From Lingula anatina (taxonomy: Eukaryota > Animalia > Brachiopoda), in the NCBI GenBank assembly GCA_051362555.1, contig CM120646.1, forward strand, positions 9,114,001-9,178,000: DNA of 64,000 nucleotides. The letters run 5' to 3'. How positions within the stretch are numbered: the first letter of the stretch is position 1; each line of letters starts with the position of its first letter. A program made the position numbers and the translations under genes. The notes under the pieces were generated by a model. The model was not told where the DNA came from, did not search any database, and was given only the letters and a program-made list of their open reading frames with translations. This document shows positions 38,690-51,179 of this stretch, one piece after another.

Positions 38690-39600
38690 GTGCAGCCTAG
38701 CTGCAACCAGAGCCCTCATTCCATGCAGAGAGGTTTCTGAGAGTATGATCCAGAATTGTGATACACGCATTAGTCAGAGCTTGCCCAAGCTCGTGCCGAT
38801 TTGTAGTGTGGACGGGTAAGCTCTTGATTCTGATAGCGATTTATGCCCTCAGGTTTTCTATAGAATTCATGTCAGGGGAAATTCGTTGGCCAAGGCAACT
38901 GGTTTACCTCTTGGTTTTGCAGAAAAGCAGTTACTGCATGGTCACGGTGTGGTCGGGCATTGTCATCTTGCAGAATGAAGTTGTCCTGGAAGTACCTTCT
39001 TGCAAATTGCAAGCAAGTATGATATGTCTAATATGTCCCTGTATTTTATCTGGTTGAGGTTTCCGTCAATTGCCACCAATAGTGTTTTGGCTCCAGTGTG
39101 GAAACCGGCCCATACACAGATACTGCCACGGCCACAAGTCACTGTAGTGTGACACAATCCTCGTGCAGTAACTCACCTGGAAACCTACTGACTCTGATTC
39201 AGCCATCGCGGTGGTGGAACTCAAACCATGCCTCATCTGTAAAAATCTACATGAACCCAGTGCTGTGCCTGGAACCGCAAATGGCGTCTAGCCCACCATG
39301 TTGCTCTGTTCATAGAGTTAACCAGCTAAAAGTAGCCTTGCATTCACTAGAGTTCTAGAAACATGCTTTTGAATGGTAATATGCCACTCATTTTGTACAG
39401 CAAGAGTTGTCTTTGTCCGGTTGTTGCGACATAACCGCAGAAGCAAGCGGTCTTCCCTTCTGGTGGTGACTTTAGGACGTCCTGGGCGTGGTCTCTGTAA
39501 GACGTTAGAAAAGGGACACATTCAGCTGTCTGGCAATAGCAGTTTGCTTCTGGCATAATGCAACAATAGTGTGGCAAGTTGCTGCCGTTAGTTCACATAC
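38690..39600 (-). pseudogene. Decayed Tc1-family (DD34E) transposase
   Basis: Fragments across frames: QTAIARQLNVS, RPRPGRPKVTTRREDR, FTDEAWF, GRGSICVWAGF, IDGNLNQIKYRDIL, QDDNARPH, PWPTNFPDMNSIENL. TIRs not located. Confidence 0.85.
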
Positions 39601-41024
39601 CGTAAGGTCAGCTAAGAGTCTGCAAAATATCAAACTCTTCTGACTGGACGTTGTCGAAATAAAGAGACTTATTCTGTAGAAATGCTGGCCTTTTATACGC
39701 ATTCTGTAACCAGCCAAAGAGGACTGCTCAGAGAAACTGCCACATATTACGTAATATAATCGCGCTTCAGAGAAAGCAGCCTAATGAACAATAACCAACA
39801 CACCTGGCTACACATATACCTGATCACAATTGTGATCAATTTTTCTAAAAAGTTAATTTATTATCAACACTTTGCTTTTGAACTAAAATTTCCATATTAA
39901 ATGTATATATATATGTGTATACTTCAAGCATGACATCTCACCTCATTCATTTCAGCGATTTTTCCATTAGCTTATTACTGGTTACCCATTGGTATCGTTT
40001 CATTTTAATTAACAAAATTTCTTGAATTTTAGCTTTAATCTTCTTATATTCTATTGAATCCAATTAAATTATTGACGATACGGAAAACATTTCTGAATTA
40101 ATAGCAAGTCTGAGCAGTTTCACAAGCTTCTAAACGATTTAGTTGAGACCAAATCTGACCAAATCTGTCTAGTTCCAGAGATATTGCAGAAAATAGGAAA
40201 TCTGGCGGCCATTTTTTTTTTCAAATTAGACTGTTAAAAACGCAAAATTTCGCTTGGGAACCGAGTTAATCGGATTCAGCATGCCAAAATTATGTTAATA
40301 AGCCTGGTTCCCAACTTTAATCCCAAATGCCCCTTGCCTCTTATGCAGAGCCTTTTTTCAAAAATCTCACTAGACTATAAAATCGCAGCACTGGAAAATT
40401 ACCTGGCAAAACGTGAACGCTACAAAAGGAACTAAGATTAAAATAGGTTAAAAATGGAACATAAAGTGCCGACATAATTTACTTTGAGTTAAAGTTTGCT
40501 ATCTTTGATCTACACAAACTGTAGATTAATTTTCACATCAAGTATATTTGCCGACTTGCACGAAATATTGCACATTTTCATTTATGGACTGGGGCCTGAT
40601 TGCGCGACAATGCAGAATATACACCAAAAAACATAAAACAGAAGTGCTAATGAATGAGCCGAATTGCCGAACTGTCCACATATGAAATGGGCTAAAGATA
40701 GTACAAGTTGCGGTTTGAAGGACAGAATGATAATTTTATTTTATTTCTTTTTTAATCAAAAATTAACTTGTTACGAAGTGATATATTTGGTACTTCACAA
40801 AGAAATCTCAACAATATTTCAAAAATGTTCCGGTAACATAAAAAGTTAGGCTAACGACGTGAGTGTTACCTCTACCTGAGGTGTGCAATAAGCCACACAA
40901 CGGAGACTGAAATATCGGGGCGCAAAAATTGACTTGTTTTCATTATTGTTTAAAACAGGCTGTTAGTATGACTGCTACCAACACATTTCTAACCGAGGCG
41001 TTACTTTCTAAATGATAAAAATTA

Positions 41025-41598
41025 TGCAAGGCTGACGCTTGCACGACTTTTGTCGTGGCAAGGCGTGCCATTTTGGGGCACGAAGTGGGAGGCTCCCGCA
41101 CTGTTCCCTACTAGTTCACGCATAGTTCACGACAAGCTAACGAATAGTTTACGAATGCGTGTCCACATTGACACGAACTGGCACGACATGTTCACGCATA
41201 GTTTGCGCATAGTTTATGCACTTCCCGCATTGGCACGACGAGTTTGCGCGATTCGGACGGTGTCGTGCCGACTTGGGCACGCAATATACGTGAGCTGTTC
41301 GTGAACTATTCGTGGCAGTTCGTAAGAGTCGTGGCAGGGCGCGCACTGCCACGCACTGACACGCATCCTCCCGCATCGTCCCGACGAGTTCACGAACAGT
41401 TTGCACATATTTCACGACCCGGTCGCGAAATTTTGTCGTGACCAAAATTTTGAACATTTCAAAATTCTCGTCCCGACATAGCACGCAGTCACGACGGGTT
41501 AACGCACACTTCACGCCAGTTTACGACTAGTTCGCGCACTTGCACGACTCGAATCGTGCCAATGCGTGCCACAGAATCGTGCAAGTGTCATCCTTGCT
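41025..41598. mobile_element. Harbinger-like MITE rich in CACGA/TCGTG motifs
   Basis: TTA TSDs. TIR GCAAGGCTGACGCTTGCACGA / TCGTGCAAGTGTCATCCTTGC. Absent from the paralog near 2365. Confidence 0.85.
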
Positions 41599-41602
41599 TT
41601 AG

Positions 41603-41639
<37 letters not shown>

Positions 41640-41715
41640 TGTGTGTGTAGGGATGGGGGACGTAAGGCGTGCGCGGGAATCTCCCTCTCTGGCAATTGTC
41701 AATGTTGACAGGTAT

Positions 41716-42119
41716 TGCCCCTATTTCACACAGACCACGAATCCCACGAATCGCCAGGAATTGAAAATTTCAGGATTCGTTGTTGAATCGTAATCAGTTC
41801 GTGAAGTTCTTAGCAGATTCGTATATAATCGTAGTCATTGATCAATCGGGAATTCGTGGCAAAAAATTTGAGCTGTTCAAAGTTTTGGCCACGAACTCCC
41901 GATTCCAAAAAATCGTAGTGAATTTCTGGACAATATTCGTGCGATTCCAACCGAATCCCACGAATATTCTTAACACTATCGCACCTGTATTGTAACTGAA
42001 TCGTAGAGCGTGTCGAATTAGACCAGAAAATTGGCAAAATCTCACGAATCCTCACGAATCCTAAAATTTGTCAATTCCTGGCGATTCGTGGGATTCGTGG
42101 TCTGTGTGAAATAGGGGCC
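41716..42119. mobile_element. Harbinger-like MITE with about 60-bp TIRs
   Basis: TAT TSDs. TIR GCCCCTATTTCACACAGACCACGAATCCCACGAATCGCCAGGAATTGA. Empty site GACAGGTATGTAATGG at about 2446-2461. Confidence 0.9.
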
Positions 42120-44327
42120 TATGTAATGGTCCGGGAGAATAGAGGAAATTGAGTTACAGCAGGGTTAATGCTACAGTATTTGACCTCAGAGTCTATCTCA
42201 ACATGATTGTGACGGTGTCCATGAATTTCATCATGTTGTGCTAGTAAAGACATCGATAAATGATAGATGGCGCTGATATGATCATTTTCTTATAATTTCT
42301 CCGGAGTATCATAATAATGTTTTTAAATACTTGAAACTTTTGGTACTAAATACACTTATTTCAAAACTGTCCAAATTTCTTAAATCTCATTTATATGAAA
42401 AAAGAGTACCTTGTAACAGTGATAACTGTACTTGAGGCCCCTGACTTCGAAGCAGTATACCAATTTAACTGTAGTTATAACGTCAGTCAACCAATACAGG
42501 GCCCGTAGAGTAGTAGAAAGTATGCCGTCCACCTTTGGTACTATTGGTACACTTCACGACTTTAGTTTTGGACCAGTCAGGCCCTGGGGAACAATTTGGG
42601 GAAACAATTTGGGAATGTCCATTTCACAAGCTAATGAGAAAGAAATTGAAGGCTATACATGTATTTATGTTATATTTTTCACCTATTTATTTGTTATTAT
42701 TTATTTTATGTTTTTGTTTATTTATTAAGTCATTTTTTGGCTAAAATTGGAATATTATTTATTCTTTATACATGTAAAGGGCCACGTTTAGACTAATATT
42801 CCATCTTATCTGTTAGCATTCGGTCACTCTATGAGCACTTGAGTATCCCTACTGGGCTAAAAAGAATGAAAAAACAAACAGCAGATGTGGAATTACATGT
42901 TTTTCCCTATTGTAGTCTGAACAGATCGCAAAATGACCATCAGACTTGTAAATTAATTTTAATGGAATAGCTAGCATGTGCACGCGACTCGTTTAATTAG
43001 CTTTGCGTGACTAGGTTGTTTTTAGTAACACCCCAAACTTAATTGCCTGGTCTGCTTTCAGCCCTTCCAAGTGACAATGAGGATTGTACATGTGTAAGTT
43101 TGACCAAGGACGCGGGTAGAAGGTCCTAGGGTTGACCAAATATGAAACCATGACGCTGTCTTTGCGGCAGGGACATGGTGGCAACAGAGCGGAGAGTCTG
43201 GTTCATAAAGGGATGATCTGTTGTAAAATCTATTGCATGATTGGTTAAATATTAACATAAGAGTATAAGTGATCCATTAAGATATATTAAAAGGTGGACC
43301 TTTCACTGTAAATATGCCACTATCAAAGACAGGCGTTCTGCAGTAAGATTACCTGTTATGTGCAAATTAATATTTATTACAACTTATGCGGTAGCATGTA
43401 CTGGTGTAAATGAACGTGCACAACAAGAGGTCGCTTAACTACAGTAAAATCATACAAGTGGCTTGTTTCCAAATAATTTCTGTTCAAAGAGGACAGTGTA
43501 CAGGATGGGTAGTGTGCTAGGAACCGTAGTCCGTTCCCCATTTCTTTGTACAGGTGACATTCGTCCCATATACTAACCCCAATACCCTACTTCAACTAAC
43601 CCTAACGTGTACTAATTATCATATGGGAAACGGGACGCAGCTTCGTTCAATTACCGATAAACTTCTTTTTATCGTTGACTTCATGAATACTTATGGCCGA
43701 CACATGTCAAAAGATTTTGGGGGTGTTTGTGTTGTTATTCATGTTTTGTTAGTCCTGGGGTGGGGTGGGGGGGGGCTGAGGGGTTGCTGTTCTGGAAAGC
43801 ATCACGCACTGCGACCCAGCGCAAGAGTCTCGATTCCATGACCCCCATAAGGGGCGAGTATGGGTGAGTTATGGAATCTAGACGCTTTCGCTCGGTCGCC
43901 ATGCGCAATGCTTTGGAGTTACGGGGCCTGTTCTGTCGAAGAGCGAGAGTCATGTTCATTTGAAGAACTGGCAAAATCCCGACCACAATTCGACAATTCT
44001 CTTCATTTGAACCGACCAGCAATTATTTTCATGGACCAATAAGCGTGCCGTCACTCTTGGGATAATCTTTCCGGGATATATATTTTAGATAGCTTTTGTT
44101 CCATTTGTTTTAAATATTTTTAACACATCTTCTCTACTGCCCATTTCAATGCGCTACATGTAGTTTGTACATTTATGAGGGTTGATAAAGTAAAATATAT
44201 GCTTACATGGACTTTATGTGTGTAGTTATTGAAAAAAAAAAACAAAGCTTCTAAAGTACAAATATAATTTCTCAATATGTAATCTCTAAAGGTTCTTGAG
44301 CACTCGTTAAGGAGAATTTCAGTACGA

Positions 44328-44830
44328 ATATCATAGCAATATACGTGTGCTTCACCACTGTAATATCATAGCAATGTACTTCACTTCTGTAATATCATAG
44401 CAATATACTTCACCTCTGTAATATCATAGTAATATACTTCACCTCTGTAATATCATAGCAATACACTTCACCTCTGTAATATTATAGCAATACACCTCAC
44501 CTCTGTAATATCATAGCAATACACTTCACCTCTGTAATATTATAGCAATACACTTCACCTCTGTAATATCATAGCAATACACTTCACCTCTGTAATATTA
44601 TAGCAATACACTTCACCTCTGTAATATCATAGTAATATACTTCACCTCAGTAATATCATAGCAATACACTTCACCTCAGTAATATATTATAGCAATACAC
44701 TTCACCTCTGTAATATCATAGCAATATACTTCACCTCAGTAACATCATAGCAATATACTTCACCTCTGTAATATTATAGCAATATACTTCACCTCAGTAA
44801 TATCATAGCAATATAATTCACCTCAGTAAT
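44328..44830. repeat. 29-bp minisatellite, about 17 copies
   Basis: Unit AATATCATAGCAATACACTTCACCTCTGT. Confidence 0.95.
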
Positions 44831-45380
44831 AAGATAAGATAAGATAAGAGTTTATTTAGCCAATTATAAAAATCGGAAATCATTTTCCTTTTGGAGCAAT
44901 ATACAGAGTAAAATAATAAAATAATGCAATAAATAAATAAATTAAGAATTAAGTTTTGAGATCAAATTAAAATGCGTCACTGCACTTGGATAAAAGCTGT
45001 TTAAAAAGCGTTTACTGCCTTTAAAAGTTAAAAGTCTACGGTTGCTTGGTAAAAAAGTAAAAAGAGATGATGCAGGATGGAAAGAGTCTTTCATGGTGGC
45101 GACAATTCTTTTCTCCATCCTGTCTTTAAAAATTTCATCCAGCTTGGGGAGATCCTGCCCGATAATCCTGCTTGCAGTTTTTACAACGTTTGTTAATTTC
45201 TTCCTTTCCTCCCCAGCTGTTCCGCTATACCATATTATAATTCCGTACGCTAGAATGCTTTCAATTACACACCTGTAAAAATTGACTAAAATAGGCACGC
45301 TATCAGTAAAAGTTCTCAATGGTCTTAAAAAATACAGTCTTTGTCGTGCCTTCTTTACACTCTTTGCGGTGTTATCTTTT
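44829..45380 (-). mobile_element. 5'-truncated Rex1/Babar LINE (ORF2 C-terminus, 3'UTR and (TCTTA)n tail)
   Basis: KKARQRLYFLR...NFYRCVIESILAYGIIIWY...KTASRIIG..LP...HPASSLFTFLPSNRR...FLNSFYPSA matches the Rex1/Babar (DUF1891-like) C-terminal pattern. Confidence 0.85.
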
Positions 45381-45697
45381 TATAAAGATCGCTATGGCAA
45401 AGTATAAACATTTGGGTGGAAGAAAAATAACTTAATTGATTGAAAGAAAACCGTTTTTCTTTTTTTTATCTGAATTAGAAAAAACAATGCTTGTAATGTT
45501 ATATTTTCAACTATTGACCTGTGGTGTCTCGTTTCAAATTTGATTAAACGTTTTCAGAGCGTCGATCCCTAAGTCAGCCAATGTTTGAACAAGATAGAAA
45601 TGTTGATCTTCTAACTCTCCTTGTTGATAAGATATACTTTTCATTGGAAGGATAACGATAAACTATATGATTAAATAACCTCATTCGAAGGTGAGAC

Positions 45698-45876
45698 ATG
45701 GAATCGACCGGAGTTGGAGGGAAATTCCTCTCCGTCTTTTTCATAATTTTCGGGACTCTTTCGGCGCTTTCAAATGCTTATACTGTCATAGACACCTCGC
45801 CTACCGCGGATCTGACGTTACGTTTATCAGTTATTTACGTCGGATACAAGTGCAGGTACGGGTCGAGTAATGTTTC
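45698..45876 (+). pseudogene. Candidate first exon of the SRCR gene (signal peptide plus SRCR start, apparently frameshifted)
   Basis: MESTGVGGKFLSVFFIIFGTLSALSNA resembles a signal peptide, followed by LRL. GTGRV occurs in a shifted frame that ends at a GTGAGT donor (45877) in phase 1, matching the SRCR exon. About 310-nt intron before the LINE insertion. Confidence 0.4.
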
Positions 45877-46577
45877 GTGAGTTGGAGACAGCGTTATTCC
45901 CGTCAAATATTGATATTGGCTGGTAAACCACATAAAGAGTACATTTAATCATTATTTGGCTTATTTACGTAGGAGCCTAGGGGGGTCTCTGCCAAATTAC
46001 TACTCCTTCTCACATATTCAAATATATCAAATATAAATGCAAGACTCCCCCCCACTACCACATACAGGCGTTATTCTAGAATCGTTTTGAAATGTTAGCG
46101 CTCATCTGAACCGAACCTCCTACTAGCCTGAATATTCATTTTCGACAAATGTTTGTTAAAGAGAACGTATAATTTTCTCCTTTCAGGTAGTTTTTTTTTT
46201 TTTATTGACACAATACTTCACAAATACAGCATATATGTAGTACAAAAAAGAAAACTACAGTCACTCCCACTCTCACACTTAAGAGAAAATATACTATGTT
46301 ATATTAATTAAATTTTTTATGGTACGTTAAACATTCAGGTTGATAAGAAATTGATAACATTTGAAGTGTACCAGAGTGACTTATCTATTTTTATCACAAT
46401 TTTTTAATTTTTATTTAAATAAAGGCTCCTGCACACACTCACACATACCCAACCTCACACACACTAGCACGCACACCCTATTTATATACAAACAAATATA
46501 TACAGATTTATATACATGTATAATTAGAAGTAAACTAATAAGTAATAAAAAGTAAAAAAGACAAACTGAAACAATAA

Positions 46578-49500
46578 CTATATGTTTTGATTTGCTATAC
46601 TCATTAAAGTAGATTTAAGTTCCGGTTTAAGTAGCAATCTAGAATTTAATTTAGTACTTTTGAAAATAAAAAATTTAGAATGAAGAATTACAAGGTTTTT
46701 AACTTTATCGCTACTTCCAAAAATGAGATCAGATGGCAGTATTTTGAAGACATTTCCTGTAATTTGACTTAACCATAGTTCAACCTCTGTCCAGAAAAGC
46801 TTCACTAATTCACAGTCCATAAATAGATGCTTTATCGTTTCAGCCTGTTTGTTGCACAAACTACAAAGAGGATTCTCGATCATATGGTATTTAAACAGCA
46901 ACTCTTTGGTACCCAAAATTCTGTGGATTATTCTGAAATTAAACCATTTCAATCTTATTTCTTTAACTTTAACCAGGGCATTGGTATACGTTAGTTGCCA
47001 GTCTATTTTGATACCTAACTCTTGTTCCCATTTTTCTTCACATTTTGGTCTCTGACCGAGACTTTTTATGCAAATGTCATATATGCTTCTACATCCTTTT
47101 TTATCGTTACATAATGTTTTAACTGGGTTAGAGATCTGCGGTAATGGCAACATAACGTTAGCATTCAGAAGTCTAAGCACAGGGTAGGCACCAAAGGTTG
47201 CTTGCCTTAATCCATAATACAGAGTAAAAGGAATCTGAATTTCAAACTCTTCTACAAAATAGTCAAATGATAGGAATTTCCCTTCGCTGTTAAATAAATC
47301 TTGGATAATATGGAAACCTTTGTCATACAAATTCTTATAAAAAATTCTTCTGCCATCTGATAATACAGCAGGATTATACCAGATTGGAGTTCTGAGAATG
47401 ACATCGAGACTATTACTTGCCATTTTTTCTGAATATTCTGAAAAGTATATTAAGATTTCTCTCCAAAAAGAATTGCGAATTTTAGATATTTCCTTTGCAT
47501 AAGTTGGTCCAAACTGAGTCAATCTCTGAACATCCGATCCAGTGGCTTCAGCAAAAAGTTTATTTGTTATTTTATCAGAGGTTATCAATCTGCGAATCCA
47601 GGAAATTTTTAGCGCCCTCACAAAGGATTCTAAATGTATCATACGGCAACCTCCCTGTTTATAGTCCTGAATAAGTGTTTTACGGGCAACTTTTTCTGTT
47701 TTACCATGCCAAATAAATTTGAATAGCATATTTTGTAAATTTTGCAGCCACTCTTTGGTAGGGCTCGGAAGAGAGAGCAGTAGGTGTGTTATTTTTGAAA
47801 TAATTAAAGACTTCACTACAGTAATCTTACCTAAAGTAGAAATATTTCTTTTTCCCCACCGATACATTTCTAATTCTATTTGCTGAAGCTTGCTGGTATA
47901 ATTCAACTCATTCATTTGTTCTAAATCAGCTGTGAAAACTATACCTAATATATTAAAAGGGTTGTTAGTCCATTTAAGATTGTTATCTTTACAGATAATT
48001 TCTCTACTGTTGGCCTTTGAACCAATCCATATGGCTTTAGTCTTACTAATATTGGGCTTAAGCCCCGAGTACTTGGAAAACTGAAACAGTAAGTCGAGTG
48101 CACTCTTTAAACTTTTCTCTGAGCCATCTAAAAAAAGCACTGTGTCATCTGCGTACTGAGATAGTTTTACTTCCACCCTCCCCAAGTTTATTCCTGTTAT
48201 GTTATTGTTTTGTCTTATAAGAATAGCTAGGATCTCAACACATAAATTAAAAATGTAGGGTGATACAGGGTCTCCCTGTCTGCAGCCTCTGCCAATTTTA
48301 AAGAAATTAGAGAAAATACCATTTTGTATTACACATAATTCAGGATCATTATAAAGAACATCTATCCATTTTTTAAAGTCATCACCAAAATTAAAAAACG
48401 AGAGAGTTTTTTTCATAAAATCCCAAGATATGCTATCAAATGCTTTAAGGAAATCTACTGAGAGTATCATTCCTGGGATTTTTTTATCTTTTGTAATTTG
48501 CAAAACATCATAAACAATTCTAGTATTCTCACCAATGAACCGTCCTTTCAAAAATCCCGTTTGATTTTCATGTATAAGCAAATGTAAAACTTTTTTAAAT
48601 CTATTTGAAATACAAGCAGAGAGGATTTTATATGAGATGTTTAAGAGAGATATCGGCCTCCAATTTTCTAAAAATTCCCGTGGTTTATCCCCTTTGGGTA
48701 AAATTGAAATAACCCCTTGTTTCTGGGTAATGGACAAGTGACCTTTAGCAAACCCCTTATTATATGATCTCACAAGAAACGTTCCTATATCATTCCAGAA
48801 AAATTTAAAAAATTCGACAGAAAAACCGTCGGGGCCAGGTGATTTGTTGTTCTTCATACTTTTTAAGGCTATTAGAGCTTCCTGATAAGTAATTGTTCCC
48901 TCTAATTGCCTAGCCGTATTGTCATCTAATATGTTTATTTTGTCTTTATCGATTATATTATTCCAATCAAAAATTTCAGAGTAGTTATCTTGTTTCGAGT
49001 AAAGATGGTTATAGAAATCTCTGATTTCTTTCAAAATTTCTGCTTGATCGGTGATAATACGGCCTGTCTCCCTTATAATTTTCTTTACAGTTTTATTTAC
49101 AAAATTTCTTTTTTCCAGGGATAAAAAATATTTAGTTGGTTTTTCCCCTTCCTCTGACCATTTTACTTTGGTTCTTATATAGACCCCTCTAATATGTTCA
49201 TGTCTCATTTCTTCTTCCTCTAGTTTCAGAGTCTGGAGCTGGTTTTCTAAATTCGATGTGGGGTTATCTGTATACATGGAATATAATTTCTTAATTTTTT
49301 CAGCCAGGGTCTTCATTCTTATATTTTTCTCCTTTTTCTTTGCTGAACTATAGGCAATGGTATAGCCTCTAACCTGTAATAATATCTGTTCAAAAAATGC
49401 TTGCTCATCCACAAGAAAGTCCAGATCATTGTCACTAATTTTACATAACTCTGCTTTGTTATATGGGCTGGCACAATATTGATATTTTAGATCCTCTATT

Positions 49501-50300
49501 ATTTTCTTTACTCCTCTTATATACTCAAAATCTTTTAGAAGGCTGTTATTCATTTTCCAGAAACCTTTCCCTTTTTTCTGCTCAGAGAGAGTAAGTTTCA
49601 GATGTATCATTGCGTGGTCTGTTCGGTATCCATAAGTTATCTCAGTTTGATCAACAAGATTCATGAGTTCGTTAGAAATAAGGAAAAAGTCAAGCCTAGC
49701 TCTTTTTACAGGGTTATTAGAGGACCAAGTGAATTGTTTCCTCTGTTCATGTTGAGCTCTCCATGGGTCTATCAAATTGAATTTAGTTTTCAGCCGTAAG
49801 AGAGCATCTCTTGCTTGGGGATTATTAACACGTCTGTAATTATAATAATCTAAATCACTATCTTGAACTAGGTTAAAGTCCCCCATCATTATCACAAAGT
49901 GACCCTCAAAATCTTCTATGATATTTCCGAGGTGAACAAAAAATTCCGGGTCATCTTTGTTTGGTCCATATAAATTAATAAGTAAAACAGAGTAATTATT
50001 TTCAACTTCAATTTCGATAATCAAATAATTTCCATCTTTTCCGAACAACGTTCTCATTATTTTAAATTCAAAGTTATTGTTGAAAAGGATTGCCGTACCT
50101 CTTGAATTTGATTTGCCAGGGCTCAGAAGGGTTTTATATCCCCACAAGGAATGTACTTTTGATTTGTCCCTCTCTGTAAAGTGGGTATCTTGGATACAAT
50201 ATATTGAGTATTTCTGTTGTTTCAAATAGTTCAGGACGTCTCTTCTCTTTTGAGTACCTCCAAGACCCCTACAATTCAAACTAACGATATGCAAACTCAT
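46578..50300 (-). CDS. LINE B ORF2, 1240 aa: APE endonuclease, RT, CCHC zinc knuckle
   Basis: NCRGL, CIQDTH, GDFN, RLDF, TDH; KSPGPDG, WRPISLLN, GCRQGDPVSP, QYADD; CSLC..ETIKHLFMDC. Uninterrupted. Confidence 0.95.
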   Translation of the reverse strand: MSLHIVSLNCRGLGGTQKRRDVLNYLKQQKYSIYCIQDTHFTERDKSKVHSLWGYKTLLSPGKSNSRGTAILFNNNFEFKIMRTLFGKDGNYLIIEIEVENNYSVLLINLYGPNKDDPEFFVHLGNIIEDFEGHFVIMMGDFNLVQDSDLDYYNYRRVNNPQARDALLRLKTKFNLIDPWRAQHEQRKQFTWSSNNPVKRARLDFFLISNELMNLVDQTEITYGYRTDHAMIHLKLTLSEQKKGKGFWKMNNSLLKDFEYIRGVKKIIEDLKYQYCASPYNKAELCKISDNDLDFLVDEQAFFEQILLQVRGYTIAYSSAKKKEKNIRMKTLAEKIKKLYSMYTDNPTSNLENQLQTLKLEEEEMRHEHIRGVYIRTKVKWSEEGEKPTKYFLSLEKRNFVNKTVKKIIRETGRIITDQAEILKEIRDFYNHLYSKQDNYSEIFDWNNIIDKDKINILDDNTARQLEGTITYQEALIALKSMKNNKSPGPDGFSVEFFKFFWNDIGTFLVRSYNKGFAKGHLSITQKQGVISILPKGDKPREFLENWRPISLLNISYKILSACISNRFKKVLHLLIHENQTGFLKGRFIGENTRIVYDVLQITKDKKIPGMILSVDFLKAFDSISWDFMKKTLSFFNFGDDFKKWIDVLYNDPELCVIQNGIFSNFFKIGRGCRQGDPVSPYIFNLCVEILAILIRQNNNITGINLGRVEVKLSQYADDTVLFLDGSEKSLKSALDLLFQFSKYSGLKPNISKTKAIWIGSKANSREIICKDNNLKWTNNPFNILGIVFTADLEQMNELNYTSKLQQIELEMYRWGKRNISTLGKITVVKSLIISKITHLLLSLPSPTKEWLQNLQNMLFKFIWHGKTEKVARKTLIQDYKQGGCRMIHLESFVRALKISWIRRLITSDKITNKLFAEATGSDVQRLTQFGPTYAKEISKIRNSFWREILIYFSEYSEKMASNSLDVILRTPIWYNPAVLSDGRRIFYKNLYDKGFHIIQDLFNSEGKFLSFDYFVEEFEIQIPFTLYYGLRQATFGAYPVLRLLNANVMLPLPQISNPVKTLCNDKKGCRSIYDICIKSLGQRPKCEEKWEQELGIKIDWQLTYTNALVKVKEIRLKWFNFRIIHRILGTKELLFKYHMIENPLCSLCNKQAETIKHLFMDCELVKLFWTEVELWLSQITGNVFKILPSDLIFGSSDKVKNLVILHSKFFIFKSTKLNSRLLLKPELKSTLMSIANQNI

Positions 50301-50323
50301 AGATTAAATAACAATTTTGTGAA

Positions 50324-50734
50324 TTATAATACTTTCAAGTAATCCAGTACGCAGATGACATCCATAGATTGTGTATATCTATGGAATATATGGCTCATTA
50401 TATCGGTGTAAAATATTTTGTAGAGTAAGCAAGTCCACATCACAGTTATACATGCAGATATCATGATAATATATTCATTCATATCTGGTGTAGTGCTCCA
50501 ATTATGCATCACTTCACAAACATACAACCCCATACATACATTAACCCACATGTCATTTGACCCTAAACATTGCTTGATCAGGATGCTCTCACCTATGAGG
50601 TTTGCATACATCACACATTCATACACATGACACACACTCACATAGACAAAAATTTTGTTCGTAAAACAAAAAACAAAGTAAGATAACATAAATACAATCA
50701 TCCCACACATTTCGAGTATCAGTACTTGCAGCAT
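50324..50734 (-). CDS. Candidate inter-ORF membrane-type ORF of LINE B (136 aa from first ATG; open from 50776)
   Basis: 150 stop-free codons on the LINE sense strand. Two hydrophobic segments (VLILEMCGMIVFMLSYFVFCF; YIIMISACITVMWTCLLYKIF), 13 Met and 10 Cys. Stop lies 23 nt before the ORF2 ATG. Confidence 0.45.
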   Translation of the reverse strand: MLQVLILEMCGMIVFMLSYFVFCFTNKIFVYVSVCHVYECVMYANLIGESILIKQCLGSNDMWVNVCMGLYVCEVMHNWSTTPDMNEYIIMISACITVMWTCLLYKIFYTDIMSHIFHRYTQSMDVICVLDYLKVL

Positions 50735-51179
50735 GTTCTGAAAATTGAGGTACCTAATGATCCCACAGAATATCAAATTGTAACATTGATAATATTTTGC
50801 ATAATGTTATGGATGAGCACCAATTCAAAAAATATTTTTACAACATTAATATTTGAATGTTAGGGATCAGCACTCACCTTATCTTTATTGGTCTATGTAA
50901 AGGATATTCTGTACATACCAGTGAAAGCATTATGTGGGTTATTCTCCTTCCCAAAAACAAGGTTTATTGGAAGATAAGAAGAACCTTATGATTATTTCTC
51001 TATTAATCGTAAAGCATGAGAAGTAGTAACAATTGGGATCTACATGTGTACCTAGAAAATATGGAAGAAGAAAGTTTATAAACATAAAGTGATAAAGATA
51101 ACCAAGCAATTACATTGCATTATATCTAGGCACTCTAGGCTTTACATGTTAGAAAACAAAACATTAGTCATTTTTTCTC

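Larger units (their letters stand above)
40459..42325. repeat. Unclassified dispersed repeat, copy 2, carrying two nested MITEs
   Basis: Collinear with 529-2655. Confidence 0.85.

Noticed and set aside
40150-40377. Academ-like terminus (CTCACTAGACTA)
   Set aside because: Only one end is visible, with no partner TIR or TSD. The 12-bp reverse-complement match at 63074 faces the wrong way to form an element.
43572-43606. Telomere-like CTAACCC motifs
   Set aside because: Only 2-3 scattered degenerate units, probably part of a small MITE.
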